A stretch of DNA of 64,000 nt from Octopus sinensis. Taxonomy: Eukaryota. The translations under genes and the position numbers were made by a program. The notes beneath the pieces were generated by a model that was not told the DNA's origin, ran no database searches, and saw nothing but the letters and a program-made list of their open reading frames with translations. Positions 27,203 to 42,100 of the stretch are shown here, piece after piece; the stretch's first letter is position 1, and each line of letters begins with the position of its first letter. Where the stretch lies: the NCBI RefSeq assembly GCF_006345805.1, contig NC_043015.1, forward strand, positions 36,952,001-37,016,000, given 5' to 3'.

Positions 27203-27671
27203 CAAGAAAAAAGCAACAAGAATGGATTAGTTGTTCAGTACAATTGTTTCATACGAAAAACATATTTATTAAAAGCTGCAAATATTGCAGCAAATACAAG
27301 TGTCCCATATTCATCAGCCAAAACACATATGAGTTTTCCAAACATCCTAGGGGTTGAGGCTACACTCATGAAGTATCGACAAGAGTTCTATGAAAAGCAA
27401 AGTTAGATTGTAAGCAGACTTAAAATGTTTTCTAATGATGCACAGTTTTATATAAGGTTTTTAAAAAAGATCGTTAGCTTCACAGGAAAGGTAAATCCAT
27501 CCATAATAATGCAGGTGTAATTTCCCCAGGATGTTTTGAAAACTCATATGTGTTTTGGCTGATGAATACGGAAACTTGTATTTACTGCAATATTTGCAGT
27601 TTTTAATAAATCTGTTCTTCGTATGAAACAATTGTACTGAACAACTAATCCATTCTTGTTGCTTTTTTTCT

Positions 27672-27673
<2 letters not shown>
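27203..27673. mobile_element. MITE/foldback element with ~150-bp terminal inverted repeats
   Basis: 27203-27353 is the reverse complement of 27524-27673 (about 90% identity by eye), with a ~170-bp spacer. TA on the right flank. Confidence 0.85.
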
Positions 27674-27729
<56 letters not shown>

Positions 27730-27913
27730 ATATATATAAATATAAATATATACACACACACATTCCCTTCCTTGTCTCTGATTTCTGCAGTTCTTGCTTT
27801 CTATCTGCCCCCAATCTTTTTACTTTACTCTGCTTCCATCTCTACCTCTGTCTTTTATTATGATTATTATTATTATATATGTATGTATTATATATATACT
27901 ATATAATATATAA

Positions 27914-27974
<61 letters not shown>

Positions 27975-28148
27975 ATATATGTTATATATATATATATGTA
28001 TATATATATGTATGTATATGTGTATGTATATATATGTATATACATATGCATATATATGTATGTTATATATATGTATATACATATGCATAGATATGTATGT
28101 ATATATGCATATATATATGTACATATATATGTGCATATATATATATGC

Positions 28149-28195
<47 letters not shown>

Positions 28196-30499
28196 TAATA
28201 TAACCAAAAAGGAAGAATTACAAATGTCACTAAATGTGACTAGGGTGTTAGGAGACACATACATTGCTGTATATAAGAGTTAAACCGATCCAATGCTGTA
28301 GTTAAGGCGCAGGAATGAAAACCTAAATTAACACGGACCATAAGTATCCGTAAATATATAAGTAAGTGATAGAGGTGTTATGTTTGGTGAAAATCTCTGA
28401 AGGCGGCGCCCAGTTCACCCGCTGTCCATTGACTGAGATAAAAGAATACTGCTTTGGAATTTATTGTTTTATCGTACCTGAGTCGCCTCTAAACACTACT
28501 CAATTATATAACTCCGCTCAAAATGGAAAGAACACCAAAAACTGACAGAGCCCCAGCTCCCTAAAATGATATAAAACGTATCCATACTTCCGCACCACTT
28601 TCAGGTCTAGGTTGTTAAAATTCATAAGCCATATGCGATTATAATATTACAATACGCAAAATATTTTCAAAACTTTATATAAAATTCTCAATATTAATAT
28701 ATAAAAATATAATAGGAGTTTTTAGACATCGAAAGATTTTATGGGCCCTTGCCCCTGAGTAAAATGGGAATTCAATTGGCTGCACAGGTATAAAATGTTT
28801 GAGCACCTTTTATTCAGACAATAGTTTGTGCGAACATAATAATTTGTATATCTCTATGTGTGTATATGGTATTATATTTCCGTATATGTGTTTGTACGCG
28901 TGTTCATATCTCTATTATGACTGAGAGTGTCTCTGTCTATATGTTGGGGTAGACCAAGAACGAGGTGGTTGAATAGTACCCATGGTTTCAATCTGTCACG
29001 CTTGAAGATGTTTGCTTCTGATAAGGCGCTGTAGAAGAAATACTTGACATCACTTGCCGCTGGATTATTCGAAGAACAGAAGACAGGCATTTGATCTCGA
29101 CCGCAATTTACTGGTTAATTTCCAATCTTAATTTTATATTAATTACAAACGGTTACTTTCTATTTGCTTTAGATATTACATGCAATTCACACACTTTTAT
29201 CTTTAATAGTGCTCTACGCCTTCTTTCATTCTGTGATAATCTGCCATTTTCTTTCATTAAAGTGCGATAATTCGGAAAGCTTACAAGAACTAGTTTCTCA
29301 ATGTAAAGCTAACAGATACTTGATGTAGAGCAGCGAACACAAAGTTAAACAGAATCCAGCAATCATTAAATGCACAAGCGTAGAGTAAAATCTCGTTTTC
29401 GATTTCGTTTACGTTAAATAATTTACACATTTTGTGAAACGATTAAATAATAAGTGAAGCAACGAAATCCAAATAATTTCGATTGGAGAACAGGAAAAAA
29501 TATATCGAATCAAATGCATTATATATCGACTCAGCTGCACGGAACATTTCACTGTGTACACAAAAGAGAAAAAAAAACTATACATTGAGACTAATGCCAC
29601 TTTTTAGTATATCCTATATTTATTTTCAATGGTTTCTAACTGAAACATCCATTGAAATAAATAGAAAAATGTTACAGTGAACAATATCAGAATAAATAAT
29701 GGAAGAAATAAGAGGGAAACGAAAATAGCGTTTATAAAATATTAATTCTGGAAATAGATGTGCAAAAGAATCGTATTTCAATAGAATTAATGAAAAAAAT
29801 ATTTCGTGTGTATGAGAGCGAAAGAAAGAGAGAGAAATATAGAGAGTATATCGAGGATGATCATGACGAAGAAAATGTTACAGTAATATGTTTTAGTCAA
29901 AAGAAAATCGGTTCTCCTGTCTTCGAGTGTTTTTATGGCTCTCTCTCTCTCTCTTCTCTCTCTCCCCTCTCTCACATCTCTCTCACCCTTCTCCCCCTTT
30001 ATATCTCCCCCTCTCTCATTCTCTTTGTCATTGAAGGTGAAGTGTAGTTTAGTTTTCACTACCTGCTCAGACGAATGAAGCAGGCTAAAGGGCGAAACAC
30101 GTGTGACTCTGAGTTAAATTCTTGCTGACGGTACAAAAGGGTTTCCAGCACTGTAAAGCATTTGGAAAAGCTTGCAAAACATCTGAGTAGCTCTTCTAGT
30201 TTCTGCGTTGGGAAAAACATCTCCAATGGTTCTATTATGACTTCGACACCTGACGCGTGGCACATCGTGCACTTGTTCAGACAACGTCTATTTGGTGGAG
30301 AGAGTGAGCTAAGGTGAGGCACGAAAACTTGATCACTAAAAAACAAACCATTTGTACAGGTCGTTCGGCCAAAGCTAAGTGCTCATACGTCGCCCATAAT
30401 ATACATACACACACACATACATGCATGCATGTATGCATACATATATTCATATATACATACGCACACGCGCGTGTGTGTGTTTGTGTATGTGTGTGTTTG

Positions 30500-30815
30500 A
30501 AAGCGTGTAGCTTAGTATATCTAGGTCATGATCTTAATGTCGTGAGTTCAATTCCCGGTGACGCGTTGAGTCCCTGAGCAAGACATTTCGTTTTACCTTG
30601 TCGCAGTCGACTCTGCTGGCAAAAATGAGCAATACCTATAATTCTCAAGGGCAAACCTGGTCCCATTCTGTTCCACGCTAAATCTCCCAGAGAACAGCGT
30701 TAAGAGTACATGTGTTTGTGGAATGCTCAACCACGTGCATGTTAATTTCATGTGCAGGCTGTTCCGTTGATCGGATCAAGTGGAGCACTTCTTGTCGTAA
30801 CCGACGGACTGCCAT
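30500..30815 (+). mobile_element. tRNA-derived SINE
   Basis: B-box GAGTTCAATTCCC; tail ...GTTAATTTCATGTGCAGGCTGTTCCGTTGATCGGATC...GTCGTAACCGACGG. Confidence 0.75.
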
Positions 30816-31930
30816 TTTTGTGTCTGTGTGCGTGTGTGTGTGTGTCTGTCTGTCTGTCTTCCTGTGTCTGTGGGTATACATGCAATTAGGGCTGTATTAC
30901 AAGTAAAATAGATATGTATATAGCATAACAAATGTATATACACAGATAGTACCTATTCTTCCTGACATACTATCTGTTACGGATTGCTGTACGCAAACCA
31001 AAATGAACGTCGGGGAGGGACGAAAAATCACCCCAGGTATTTTGCTATTCAGGTGCATCATTAAAAACGTGAAGCTTATCTCCGCACAAGAATTCGTCAC
31101 TTTCTAGGTAGGAAACAGAATAAATCAGTGAATGGTTGAATGAATAACCACCAAGTTGAATACAAAAAGCCTTTCTAAACAAAATTCAGGCAATATCAAA
31201 TTGGAATTGCTGTTCATTGGAAACTTGAGAGAGACGGGGTGAAAAGTGAGAATGATGTTTATGTTCTGATTCCTGCGCTGGTGATGACAATACATTATCT
31301 GAAACCATAGATGTTTGTTATCTATAATCTTTGACTTGCTTCAGTCATTAGAGTGCGACCAAGCTGGAGCACCACCATAAATAGTGTTTTATCGAAAGAA
31401 TCGACCGTAGAACTTTTGTTTTTCTTTCACTCTGATGCATTTTCTAATGTCTATTTTACCGAATCGGACGGGAACACGCGAACGCTAGCTATCAAGCAGT
31501 GGTCGGAGACAAATACAGGCACAAGGACACACACACACACATGCATGCACAAACATGCATACACGCACATACATACACATGCAACACATGAAAATACACG
31601 CACATATATACATATATGCACAGACTTGAAAGCACACCCAGACACACACACATGCACAAACATACACACACACACATATATACATATATATACACACACA
31701 GAGGACTTACTTGTTTCAGTTTTTCTCTACCGAATAATAAATAAGGGCAAAAAGAAAAAAAGCAATTCTTCTCCAATATGCTGGAAATTAGAGGCTAAAT
31801 CGTCTAACCACATAAAATATATTCACTTGTATTATTACACCAGGTGCCGAAACAAGGAAAGAAAGCTAACCGAAATTCATAGAAATATAGATGCCCATGA
31901 ATCGGTTTGCCCTTATTTGATAATTGTATG

Positions 31931-31963
<33 letters not shown>

Positions 31964-31971
31964 TATATATA

Positions 31972-32019
<48 letters not shown>

Positions 32020-32129
32020 TCCTGATCGTCGAGTTTGATCAGTCAATGATTATTGGAGATCATGTTACACGTTGTAACCACTGACAGATGTGTCTAATAC
32101 CTTTGTTGCTCTGACGAAAAGCGAAACTT

Positions 32130-32262
32130 TTCCCCTCACGACCCCGAAAGGATGAAAGGCAAAGTCGACCTCGGCGGAATTTGAACTCAGAACGTAGCGG
32201 CAGGCGAAATACCGCTAAGCATTTCGCCCGGCGTGCTACCGTGTCTGCCAGCTCGCCGCCTT
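32130..32262 (-). mobile_element. tRNA-derived SINE head (young copy)
   Basis: Reverse complement gives GGCGGCGAGCTGGCAGACACGGTAGCACGCCGGGCGAAATGCTTAGCGG...GAGTTCAAATTCCGCCGAGGTCGACTTTGCC. Confidence 0.9.
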
Positions 32263-32683
32263 AGCCAAACATTAAAATCAATGTATCGTATATACACATG
32301 AAAGAGTGATGTACAGAGACCAGCAAATACTCTCTATTTTATATCACTTTTGATTGTGGACCTACGTCGACAAAGATAACACATTTTGTTTGATCTTTTG
32401 GTTGTCTTTTTCTGTTTACATCTTTTAGTTTCACCCATTTCACTCTCTCTCTCTTATCTACCTCTCTCTCTCTCCCTTCCTCCTACCGCCTTATTCTCTC
32501 ACTTAGTCTTCATCTTTGCTTCATCGGCCGCTGGTATTTGCGATTGTATAATAACCCTGTCTCTGTATTTCATGCCCAAAATAATTCAGACAAAACTAAA
32601 AGGAACTCACAGGGGCACATACGGACGGACGGATACACACACACACAGTCGCACGCACGCACACACACACAAGCATCCCAACT

Positions 32684-32723
<40 letters not shown>

Positions 32724-33039
32724 CACACATATATGTGTGCAAGTATGTGTGTGTGTGTGTGTGTGTATTCGAGTTATATTTGATTTATATTCTCATAATT
32801 AGTAATAATTCATGCTAAAGCGTGAATTGTATAGTGGCGGACATCTTATTTCCGTCCATTTAAATATCGAACAAACTGTATATCACACGCCGGTTATTAT
32901 AATTCTTTGATCGTGTATTATCCGCTTTGTGTCATCTATACAAGCTGTGGACAGACTCGCTGCTTACCATCTTCCTCTACCAACATCTTTTCGCGTGGCA
33001 CTTTTACAGTGCATTCTTTTTTTCTTTTACTTTTCTCAG

Positions 33040-33240
33040 GAATCTGACTGCGGCCACGCTGGAGCACCGCCTTCAATCGAACTAATTCACCTCAGAACTT
33101 ATTCTTTGTAAGCCTAGTACTTATTCTATTGGTCTTTTCGCCGAACCGCTATGGTACGGGAACGTAAACACACCAACATCATCCGTCAAGCGATGGTGGG
33201 GGTACAAAGACACACAAACATATACATACGCACACACACA

Positions 33241-33273
<33 letters not shown>

Positions 33274-33432
33274 TGATATATGTTTCTGTCTACCGAATCC
33301 ACGAATCCACTCACAACGCTTCGGTCGGCCCGAGGCTTTAGTAGAAGACATTTGCCCAAGCTGCCATGCAGTTGGACTTAAACCGGAAGCATGTGCTTGG
33401 GATCCAAGCTTCTTACCACACAGCGACGCCTG
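33040..33432 (-). mobile_element. tRNA-derived SINE with internal (CA)n
   Basis: Same head-microsatellite-tail layout as 13500-13912. Confidence 0.85.
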
Positions 33433-33575
33433 TATGTTTGCATGTTCTCTTTCTATTTTGAATTTAGAGTAATTTTGACCTGCAAACTACATGAGAGCAA
33501 GGTTGTGAAAGAAAGTATCATGTTTTGAACTTCATTCTTTCAATCTTAAGAAAGTCTTAAGATTTTAAGAAAGTC

Positions 33576-33895
33576 TTAAGATGTAATTTTATAGTCCCAA
33601 ATAGTGTAATAATTTATACCATATGAATTAAGAACTGCATCTTCTCCCCAAATCTCAATTTTTGCCATACATAGCTCCAAAAGGGTTGGCACGTACCCTG
33701 TTGTTCCAATGATAATAGATGCGAAGCTAAAGAGTACCATGAGTACTGGATTGGCAAACTCCTTATGAAATGTCCATAGATGTTCGCTTACTCTGCTTTC
33801 TCTGTTTGATATTTGTACCTTGTAACCAAGTTCGTGGCAATTGATTTCCACAACATATCTTTAATTTCTCGTCCCACTCAAAGATATTTGGCCGG

Positions 33896-33900
<5 letters not shown>
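33576..33900 (-). mobile_element. Restriction-like endonuclease (REL) tail of an early-branching non-LTR retrotransposon, decayed
   Basis: RPNIFEWDEKLKIC.VEINC (PD..D/E motif) and ..FSFASIIIGTTGYVPTLLEL (cf. PIVIGALG motif). Confidence 0.55.
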
Positions 33901-33932
<32 letters not shown>

Positions 33933-34228
33933 TTGTATACTATCAATCTAACGTTAACGTGACAGTAGGGGGTTACACCACCGCTGTTTAGCCCTAGGAA
34001 GCATCGACGCCTCCTGATGGCTTTGACACATCTTTCCTGTGTCCTTATATACATTTACGAAGGGGAGACAAACACCCCCAGCAGCCAGGCCTGCATCTGG
34101 AGACACGCATGTTTCAGGATCATCGGTCTAGAGTAGCAGACGCCCGCCAGCTGTTGATATCTATCCCGATTCGCAAATGTATATATCTTATTTCAGTGAA
34201 GTTTATTCACTGATTACCAAAATCAGAA

Positions 34229-34275
<47 letters not shown>

Positions 34276-35239
34276 GGTATTTTAACGTAATTTTGTGGTC
34301 TTCAAATTTGGAAAAAAGGTTTTGTAAGGGATTATGATACTATCCATGTATAAGGAACTCCCATATTTTTTTAACCTAAATTTTCTTAAAAACCTGTTCC
34401 GTGTTTATTTATGTAAGTACGTATCGTATATATATTGCAGTTCAATGTAACTACATACACGTTGGTGTTTTTTCTCCTTTCTTTAAACTTTCCCCTTTTC
34501 CTTTTTCTTTTCCGACGAAGAGCCATGCAGGAAACGAAAACTCTCAGATCCTACCGAGTGTTAAACTAGTACATTCCATATGTATATATGTATATATGTA
34601 TATATGAATATATATATATATATATATATATCGAAATCCTGGGAGTACAGTATTGTATATTTGAAACAATGAATAGAAATTACTTTTCTGAGAATATTTA
34701 CATATCAATAATTTACAAACATCTACTTAATATGCAAAAATTATCAGAAAACCTATTTCTACTCATTTTTGCAAATGTCCGCGAGTATGTGTGTGGAGGG
34801 TTATGTATTATATATCTTTGTATACATACCAATATATATATATATATATAATATATATATAATATATATATACGTATTAATATAATATGCAGAAATCACT
34901 CGCCTCCGAATCCCTCGGATGCGTGGTCAATCGAATTAGTTCGAATATAACATTCATTCCGTTAAAAATGATTGTGTTACGAATTGTCACGTGGTTCAAT
35001 TTGCAGCAACCGAATCCTATATTCCGATTTCTGATGCTAATATAGGTTGTGTAGATGGACTCCATGTCTCACATTCCTCGTCATCCATTGCCTTTGTTTC
35101 TAACCCCAACAAAAATAACAACAACAACACTATAATAATCAATGAAATACGCAGATATTCAAGGAATGTAATTACACTAAAATCCAAAGCTGATTCTTCG
35201 CGTTTTAAACCTTACATGAATAATCATTTACAGCTTACA

Positions 35240-35296
<57 letters not shown>

Positions 35297-35480
35297 TAAA
35301 CTGCTGATCAGAAACAATGATCTTTACATAAACATGCACAACGCACACACAAAAATGGAAATGCATACATTTAATTATACATGCTTATGTGTGCATTTCT
35401 CCCTCCCTCCTTCTTTCTCTATTTTCTGTTCCTCTTAATTATATTCATATATATATATATACATATATATATATACATAC

Positions 35481-35523
<43 letters not shown>

Positions 35524-35606
35524 AGCACGCACACATGCACATATATTTTATATATACACACACACAAAGGTGTACATATATGTATATATATATATATGTA
35601 TATATG

Positions 35607-35637
<31 letters not shown>

Positions 35638-35678
35638 ATATCTATTATATATGATATATATATTTGCATATTATATAT

Positions 35679-35721
<43 letters not shown>

Positions 35722-35867
35722 AATATATGTACAAACATATGCGCGTAGGTTTAATTGTCAGTGAAAAATCCTGGATTAGGGAACAATGGGGAATTACGTG
35801 CAGAAAGTATAAATTAAAAGATTAGAGATAGGCAGTCACACAGACAGACTGGCGGACAGATAGATAT

Positions 35868-35938
<71 letters not shown>

Positions 35939-36480
35939 TGGACGGAGTGGCAGAGAGATAGAGAGAGAGAGTGAGAGAGAGACAGAAAGAAAGGGAGAAG
36001 AGAAGAAAGAAAGGGAGAAGAGAAGAAAGAAAGAGAAAGAGAGCGTGAGAGAAACCGAATTGTAATCTTCATAGGAAGATCCTCGTCACAGAGTGTAAAC
36101 TAATACGATGATAATACGATGTTAGCAGATGAATCGAAAGCTTTTCAAAATCTATGTTCGGTATTATATTACAATATCAAATCTATGTTCGGTATAATAT
36201 TACAAGAATACCTGTTATTTGACCTACTATATAATTGCAATTGTTTGAGAAGCACAAAAGAAGATATTTCGCGTAATCATAGAGGTTGAAACAGTTCGCT
36301 TCTTTGTTGGAATTTGTTAAGATAATTAGCAATGTCGCAGGGTTAGCAGGAATGTAGTTTAAAAGTTCAGAGATTGATTTTCGCATTCGTGGCAAAGAAT
36401 ACGAAATAATTTCCATATGAAATCCACCATTTTTTCTACTATACAAGCTCCATCGCCATATTTCCATTAAAACTGTTTGC

Positions 36481-36531
<51 letters not shown>

Positions 36532-36659
36532 TTTGTCTTTCTTTTTTCTTTTCATTTATATTTCGTAATATCTGTTTCGTTATAAGTACATGGAGATACT
36601 TATATATACGCTTGTTCATAATTTTATAGTTAGGCATATACAAACATAGACCTACTGAG

Positions 36660-37028
36660 ATTGGTATAGCTGCATGGGTAAAAAAAAGTCGCTTTGCAGC
36701 CACGCGGTTTCGGGTTCAGGCCTTGAACAAGTGTCTTCATCTATAGACCTGTGTCTACCATGGCCTTGTGAAGAAAATTGGCGAAAGAAACTGTTGGGAA
36801 GACTGTTGAATATGTGCCCGTTTGTTTCTTTCTCTGTGTTTTTCTCACTCCCTCTCACTGATTGGTAACTAGTGCTGGTTTGTTTAGTGTTTACACTAGC
36901 GGTTCGGCAAACGCTAACTGATAAACTACCAAAATTTAAAAAAGGGTAAAGTAATGAGGAAGATTTGATCGACTTAGATTTTCCGAGGCGGTGTTACAGC
37001 ATGGCCGCTGAAACAAGTATAAGATAAA
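36660..37028 (+). mobile_element. tRNA-derived SINE, diverged full length
   Basis: Head GGGTTCAGG..., tail TAGCGGTTCGGCAAA...GGCGGTGTTACAGCATGGCCGCTGAAACAAGTA. Confidence 0.7.
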
Positions 37029-38032
37029 CATGTAGACAATGAAAGACATAAACACACACACACACATCGGCACTTAGAGTAAGCACATTCGACATTAAAC
37101 TGCGGCGAGCAAACCGGGCAAAATGTTACGTGGCTTTTCCCTCGTCTTTACTTCCCGAGTTCGAATTTCGCCGAAGAATAAGTACCGGTTAAAAGAAGTA
37201 ACCGTTATGCACAAATAAGCACCAGTTGTGCACTGTGGGCAACGTAATCCACTTATCCCTGATCTTGAAATTGCTGGCGTTGTGCCAAAATTTGAAATAG
37301 AGTTCTCGGGAATAATTTAAGTTGATAACAATGGAACTACTTTTACTGAGAGAGATAATGATAATTATTTAACTATACAGGTATCAGTTTTTCACCAGAC
37401 GAAGAGAACAGAATACGGAAGCCTAGAGTCAAACAGAAACCTGGATCATCAATGTATGAATAAGGGGATGTTCAAGGAATACAGGAACAAGGGGAAACGT
37501 ACCATTCGAGACATAGCGTACGACTCATTGCTTGGTCGACGTAATCTTGCCCAAGCATGCTCAATGTCTCTGTAGAAGACTGCCAAGCTTAACACAAACG
37601 TGTCTCTTTCTTCCAACTTCTGTTCATGACAAAATCGCAGACTACAGCATACATGTGTTCACAAAATATCTAATTTCACAACTACACAAGTAAACACAGC
37701 GATGTCATTCGGCGCACCAACCAATGAATACCTGTGCCAGCTCTCAAAGTACACTCAACCGTGTGCTGCCATCTATTGGTGCTCTACAGACCTAGTCTAG
37801 GAATGTTTCATACCACTTCGATATATATATACCATATATATATATATATATAATATATGATATATATGTATATATATATATAGTAAAAGACTAATCAATT
37901 TATATATATATATATCTGAATGTGAATATGTACAAAGTATATGGTGTATATGCTTGTATGCATAGAACTATATGTCTGTATCTACTATCGGCATCTGTCC
38001 ACTTCTCTTGTATTCACTCTATCTCCATATAC

Positions 38033-38083
<51 letters not shown>

Positions 38084-38110
38084 CATGAGTGTGTGTGTGT
38101 GTGTGTGTTG

Positions 38111-38141
<31 letters not shown>

Positions 38142-38623
38142 TGTCGTGTGTGTGTGTGTGTGTGTGTATGTGGGGTGGGTGTGTGTATGTGTGTGTTACA
38201 TCGCTCTGCGGCTGCTAAATCAACCTTGCCTACGATAAAGAATGTCACGTTGGAACAGAAGAATTAAGAGAAAAAAATGATAATTGCCGGGGACACTTTT
38301 AGCATTCTCCCCATTTTTAGCCCCGAAAGTAGAATTGCTTCAGCCAGCTTCCTTGTTATATACACTCTTTTGTCATGATATCCAACAAAAATAAAAGGTG
38401 AAAATAAAACAAACAAAAAAAACAAAGAAAAAGTGACAAAGAGAGGAAAATATATGAGTCTTTATTATCGATCATCTTTGCGGTAAAATCACTGACGCGA
38501 TCGGAAAATGTTTAGCCATGTCTGAAGCAAGAAACAAAACGAAACATAACGTTAAACAATATCCAGGCAGACGTATACATACAGAGGCGCGCGGGCACAC
38601 GGACACGGATACATACGCATACA

Positions 38624-38655
<32 letters not shown>

Positions 38656-38765
38656 GATACACACAAATATTATACTGGAACCACTTTATATATTATATTT
38701 ACCAATGAAAATGAGAAGGAGCCAAACCAACAAAAATAACGAAATCAATAATAATGATGATGATC

Positions 38766-38797
<32 letters not shown>

Positions 38798-38931
38798 TAA
38801 TAATAATAATAATGATAATAATAACAACAACAACAACACAAATGATGGTGATAATAACAATACTAATAAAGACAACAAGAGCAAAATAAAAATCATATGA
38901 ATGATGATGGTGATAATCATAACAATAAGAC

Positions 38932-38987
<56 letters not shown>

Positions 38988-39594
38988 TTATGGATGATGA
39001 TGATGATGATGATATAACAATAATTATATATAACAATACTATAGAAGAAAATAGAGAAGACGTATATTTCACATCATAGATTAGCATCCATTCAGGCAAT
39101 CTGCTTAAATTTTATTTATTATCCGAAGGCTATTAATATATCTGATCCTGTAGCTTTATTAATATAAAAGTTTCAGCGAAGGTATTGTCAAACAAGAAAG
39201 GAAATAAAAGCGAGCGAAATTCATATAATTTTATACATAGCCTGCTAAACCAGATAAGTAAGGATGGAAACAATGCGACTTTGATTTTCCTACACTTCAC
39301 ATTAACAATGATTTATGAAGAATATATAATTTTATCGGCCTCGTATTAGCCGCAGGCGCGTAAATGATCCATCAAATTCACGGCTGGCAAGTGAAAAAGA
39401 CCCTTAATAAACAATGTATATTGTATTAATTTGTCTTCTAAACTTCAATGTTCTATAATTATATAAACAAGGATGTGTGCATATGTGTGCGTTCTATGTA
39501 AGTGCTTGTGTCTGATATAAAAATCTATCGATGAATATATATATATACCTCTTGTATGTATGTGTATATCAGTACTTATACATATATATATATG

Positions 39595-39662
<68 letters not shown>

Positions 39663-39744
39663 GTGTGTGTGTAATATGATGCATGTGCATATACACACAT
39701 ACACACACACCACACATATATATACATACATTTTAGAGCGAAAA

Positions 39745-40560
39745 TATGATGTATCTTAATATGTATTTCTTACGGAAGTCTGCTTGCGCTCTCGGTCGTT
39801 GGTCGTCAGGGAGTTTTGATAATCTAGTGTCTCTAACCTTTGTAAACAGCATGTAGAGGTGAGACAAGAGACATATCGTGTGTTAATTTTTTTAACCTTC
39901 TTTTTCACTCTTCTTATGAAGCAGGATCGTATTTGACCCTTTCCACAGTGAAGGTATTTTACACTCCTGCGGATAGCAATTAAAACAGAACTAGTATTTT
40001 CCACAGACCTTCACCTCCGAATATTAACACCTCTATTGGGATGCCATCTTTCCCAGGGATTCTCTGTTTTCTAAGTTTGAGGGCATTTTCAGTTTCACTA
40101 ATCAGAATTAGAGGCATTTCTTCCAGCATGTACAGAGGCGTGGGATCGAGTTTCATTGATGGCTTAAAAAGGTTGGTGTGGGTCTTGCGTACACTCCCCA
40201 TCTCTCCTTTGTCAACATGAGACCATACTTGTTCTTAAGCGCCGTACCTCTGACTTATAGAGTATCAGCCCAGCCATCCATCTTATTAAACTATCCGTTT
40301 CTTCTACAGCCTGTAATTCCCGAACATATGCTTTCTATGTACATCACTTTTGGTGATGAAGGAAAAGGCCTTCAATAGCGTCGAGATGGACACATTGATT
40401 GAATTTCTGTAAATTCCAGGAGTCAAAACGCCATACATCAAACTGCTCAGAGATACGAACTCTGGATGCAAAATAGATATATATTTGCTATCACCGACGG
40501 TAAATTTCCTGAGTGAGGTGTCAAGCAAGGACATACCATCTCTAAGCTCTTTACCGCATC
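39745..40560 (-). mobile_element. RTE-clade LINE ORF remnant (linker plus RT N-terminus)
   Basis: ETENALK...PGKDGIPIEVLIFGGEGL; KGQI...; NTRYVSCL...; ERKQTSVRNTY (cf. KAPGxDGI, NYRPIxLL, EQAGFRKNY). Multiple stops and frameshifts. Confidence 0.8.
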
Positions 40561-40664
40561 TCTATTAATGGTAATGAAGGATAGACGGAGCTGGCAGCGA
40601 TAGCAATAATGGCGAGTAACTAGTTCACCTTCGCTTCATAGATTATATATATATATATATATAC

Positions 40665-40940
40665 ATGGTACTCCGTCGGTTACGACGATGTGTGTTTCAG
40701 CGGAACAGCTTGCTCTTGAAATTAACGTGCAAGTGGCTGAGCACTCAACAGACACGTGTACCCTCACCGTAGTTATCAGGGAGATTTAGCGTGACACAGA
40801 GTCTGACAAGGCTGGTCCTTCGAAATACAAGTGCTACACATTTTTGCCACCTGAGTGGACTGGAGCAACGTGAAAAAAGTGCCCTATTCTATGACACAAC
40901 GCGTCGTCGGGAACTGAACTCACCACCTGACGATCGTGAG
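40665..40940 (-). mobile_element. tRNA-derived SINE
   Basis: Reverse-complement B-box GAGTTCAGTTCCC; tail matches 30500-30815 and 13110-13275. Confidence 0.8.
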
Positions 40941-41659
40941 CCAAGCGGTGTTTCCTATGATTTTGCTTTTGTTTTCGTTTCTCGTTGTGTCCACATTTTT
41001 TGATGTCCTGTACCCATATGTGGATTTACATATACATATATATGTAGGTATGTACAGATATGTATGTATATATGCCATATTTATATATTATACTTATGCA
41101 CATTCTTTTTCAAGTAAGTTTTATCTTAATAATTACGATGCGCACTTCTATCTCTTCTCTGTCTATCTATCTCCCTCCCTTGTTCTTCTTCCTTTCTGTT
41201 TCTCTCTCCCACCCTTTCCGTATTCTTCTCCTCTCCCCTTCACCGATCCCTCTCTTTCACTCTCTCAATCTTGCTCCTTGACTCTCTCGTCGCTGACACG
41301 TGACAAAAGGCGATCTAATTTATTTCTTCCACTTCCTTCGTACAGACAAGACGAGTTTTTACCTGTCAATTCTCATAGCTCATTTTTCTAGCGTTCGTAG
41401 TTTTTCACATCGTTTTGGCTTAAGAGTTCTCACCGTTTGTTTTTTACTGTCTTGTTCTCAATGCCCGGTTTTTGTTACCTCTTTCACCCTCCTTCTGCGG
41501 GAAGGACTGTTTCAACGAAGTTGCGTGTTGTCCTTACCTTCCAAACGCGGAGTAGATGAAACAGAGGCAACTTAAGAAGGGAATGTTCTTTATGTTGTAT
41601 GTCTCGGTTATCTGTTTGTTTTATTCGTTGTTCCATAAAAAGTTCGTTTTCTATGTTGC

Positions 41660-41852
41660 CAACCCAAGAAAGGACTGACAAATATATGTATAACATACAG
41701 AAAATTGCACTACTAGGCACTGCACACATCCTACTTAAAACGCTTTCAATACAATAACTATAAGAGCACCAGAAAAGACCACAGCACATGCCGAAGGCAC
41801 ACAGAGCTGCACTTGGTAGCGAAGTGAGAGCACGTGATAAAAATAAGAGTAT

Positions 41853-41854
<2 letters not shown>
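41660..41854 (+). mobile_element. 5'-truncated 3' end of R4/Dong-like retrotransposon, followed by (TAA)n
   Basis: YNIQKIALLGTAHILLKTLSIQ* plus a 3' UTR homologous to 43080-43247. Confidence 0.85.
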
Positions 41855-41940
<86 letters not shown>

Positions 41941-41944
<4 letters not shown>

Positions 41945-42100
41945 GATGGGCTACAGCAAAAAAAGATGGGCTACAGCAAAAAAAGATGGGCTACAGCTAA
42001 AAAAGATGGGCTACAGCTAAAAAAGATGGGCTACAGCAAAAAAAGATGGGCTACAGCTAAAAAAGATGGGCTACAGCTAAAAAAGATGGGCTACAGCAAA
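41941..42100. repeat. 8 x 20-bp tandem AAAAGATGGGCTACAGC(A/T)AA
   Basis: Units start at 41941, 41961 ... 42081. It is the expanded 3' tail of the adjacent minus-strand element. Confidence 0.95.

Noticed and set aside
27548-27572. CTGATGA ATACG GAAA CTTG TA, a minimal HHR-like string
   Set aside because: No stem I pairing, and the paired MITE arm (27295-27320) does not conserve GAAA.
32111-32130. CTGACGA AAAGC GAAAC
   Set aside because: No stem II, no stem I, no palindromic stem III.
41941-42100. Regular 20-bp repeats suggesting a CRISPR array
   Set aside because: No spacers; head-to-tail tandem; eukaryotic context.
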